50,003 bases of DNA from a virus (taxonomy: Duplodnaviria; Caudoviricetes): positions 1-50,003 of IMG/VR virus record IMGVR_UViG_3300005805_000127; one strand, given 5' to 3'. The position numbers and the translations under genes were made by a program. Positions 48,381 to 50,003 of the stretch are shown here, in pieces (the stretch's first letter is position 1; each line of letters begins with the position of its first letter). The notes beneath the pieces are model-generated. The model made no database searches. It had not been told where the DNA came from and worked only from the letters and a program-made list of their open reading frames with translations.

Positions 48381-49606
48381 ACAAAGACTACTTATTAAAC
48401 GAAAGTAAAACATTTTGCATGTTTCCCTGGGTGCATTTAAACGCTACCCCTAAGGGTGATGTGTACCCTTGCTGTAGTAATGATTATACAACTCCAGTGG
48501 GTAATACTAAAGAGCATACATTAAAGCAAATCTTTAACAGTCCAAAGATGAAAGAACTACGTTTGGACATGTTGAATGAACGTAAGAATAAGATTTGTGA
48601 TTTCTGTTACAAGCACGAAGAAGCAGGCCCGCATAGTTTTAGAAACTATAGTAAAGAGCATTTTGCAAAGTACTTTGATGAAGTTGTTCCAACTACAAAA
48701 GAAGATGGAACAGTAGACGAATTCAAAATGCGGTACTTTGATATTCGTTTTAGCAATATCTGTAACTTTAAATGTCGTACATGTGGTAGCGAGTTCAGCA
48801 GTCAATGGGGTGCTGAGATGCAAAAGAACTTTGATCCAAAGCATCCAGTAGTCATTCACGTAGACGATGGACACGGTAAGGTGTTGGAAGAAGTACTAAC
48901 ACATATTGAACATATTGATTTGGCATACTTTGCAGGTGGTGAGCCACTTATTACAGACGAACATTATACTATGCTTGAAGAGATGATTCGTTTGGGCAGA
49001 ACTGATATCACATTGCGATATAATACAAACGCAAGCAATATCAAATATAAAAAGCATGACATATTAGACTTATGGAAGCATTTTAAAAAGATTGAACTAA
49101 GTTGCAGTATTGACCATTACGGCGAACGTGCTGAATGGTTGCGTAAGGGAACTGATTGGGGTAAAGTAGAAAGTAACTTACTTACTTTTAGAGAACTTGA
49201 CTATATTAGTTTCCAAATGAATACTGTGTTTAGTATTTTTAACTACCCCACAATAGGAGAATTTTATCAGTACCTTAAAGAGAAAAATATCGTTCGTAGA
49301 GAAGATTGGTATCATTCACTGTACTTGGCTGTTCATCCTTCTTATTATTGCGCTAAGTCATTACCTAAAGAATTAAAGGGCCCTGCTGCCGAAAGTGCAT
49401 TAAAATGGGCTGATAATAATGACGGTGATGGAACTAGCCTCTCACGACTAGTGCGTGATGCTGTAAACTTTGCTAGTGATAGGGATCAATGGAGCGAGGT
49501 GCGTGAAAATTTCTTAATGCATACCGGTTCAATCGATAGAATACGTGAAGAAAACTTCTGGGAAGTGTTCCCCGAATTAAATAAATTACAAGACTTGTTG
49601 GAGTGA
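48377..49606 (+). CDS. Radical SAM protein with N-terminal Twitch-like domain (4)
   Basis: 'FCMFPW...PCC...CDFC', 'RFSNICNFKCRTC', 'YFAGGEP'. Confidence 0.9.
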   Translation: MNKDYLLNESKTFCMFPWVHLNATPKGDVYPCCSNDYTTPVGNTKEHTLKQIFNSPKMKELRLDMLNERKNKICDFCYKHEEAGPHSFRNYSKEHFAKYFDEVVPTTKEDGTVDEFKMRYFDIRFSNICNFKCRTCGSEFSSQWGAEMQKNFDPKHPVVIHVDDGHGKVLEEVLTHIEHIDLAYFAGGEPLITDEHYTMLEEMIRLGRTDITLRYNTNASNIKYKKHDILDLWKHFKKIELSCSIDHYGERAEWLRKGTDWGKVESNLLTFRELDYISFQMNTVFSIFNYPTIGEFYQYLKEKNIVRREDWYHSLYLAVHPSYYCAKSLPKELKGPAAESALKWADNNDGDGTSLSRLVRDAVNFASDRDQWSEVRENFLMHTGSIDRIREENFWEVFPELNKLQDLLE

Positions 49607-49608
49607 CA

Positions 49609-50003
49609 ATGGAAAAGGAAGTTGTAAAAAATCTAGTAGAAAATGGCAAGCATTTCTGTGTATTGCCCTGGGTGCATTTTCATGCATGGCCAGATAAACG
49701 TGTATTACCCTGCTGTGTAGCAGATAGTAATATGCCTGTAGCAGAAATCAAGTCAGACGAATCAATTATTCAGATGATGAATAGTGAAGAATACAAAAAG
49801 ATGCGTTTGGCTATGATGAACGATGAACATGTTGAGGCATGCAAACGTTGCTATGACTTAGAACTTATGGGTACTTGGACTATGCGCCAAAGTCACAATA
49901 AGCGTAAAGGTCTAGACTATGTGGATTATATCGTTGACAATACTAACGATGATGGTAGTCTCAAAGAGTTTGAGATGAAGTACATGGATATACGTTTCAG
50001 TAA
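49609..50003 (+). CDS. Radical SAM protein with N-terminal Twitch-like domain (5), truncated by the window edge
   Basis: Not in the ORF track. GGAG RBS, ATG 49609: MEKEVVKNLVENGKHFCVLPWVHFHAWPDKRVLPCC...CKRC...FEMKYMDIRFS, colinear with paralogs 2-4. Confidence 0.85.
   Translation, partial: MEKEVVKNLVENGKHFCVLPWVHFHAWPDKRVLPCCVADSNMPVAEIKSDESIIQMMNSEEYKKMRLAMMNDEHVEACKRCYDLELMGTWTMRQSHNKRKGLDYVDYIVDNTNDDGSLKEFEMKYMDIRFS

Noticed and set aside
7012-48874. Numerous antisense and alternate-frame ORFs inside the structural and tailoring genes (e.g. 7012-7398, 13997-14356, 36280-36702, 39179-39769)
   Set aside because: Expected from codon bias in Gly/Ala/Thr-rich genes; no independent coding signal.
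44507-50003. RiPP cluster or MoaA/PqqE/viperin assignment
   Set aside because: No evident precursor peptide, RRE domain or cofactor pathway genes in the window, and the domain order differs from those enzymes.

Overview
This 50 kb window is an AT-rich, gene-dense segment of a large T4-like (probably jumbo) myophage genome that reads normally in the standard genetic code. It opens with the 3' end of a gp26-like baseplate-hub gene, followed by a gp51-like ORF that appears reachable by a -1 ribosomal frameshift (T TTT TTC plus a downstream hairpin). Next is a ~450-nt, GC-enriched, heavily base-paired non-coding region (candidate large ncRNA plus GAA-loop DNA hairpins) where the two transcription directions converge. 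A minus-strand early block encodes a gp55-like late sigma factor, gp47/Mre11, gp46/Rad50, an SDR, a radical SAM enzyme and an Hjc-type resolvase. A plus-strand late block encodes the baseplate and tail (gp48/54-, gp53-, gp27-, gp5-, gp25- and gp6-like proteins, a 6,596-aa modular wedge/adhesin, and fibre proteins). It continues into a 'tailoring' cluster of three glycosyltransferase-like genes and at least five tandem radical SAM paralogs with an N-terminal Twitch-type domain. All product calls come from motif recognition by eye; no database search or folding calculation was run. No tRNA, CRISPR array or integrase was seen.
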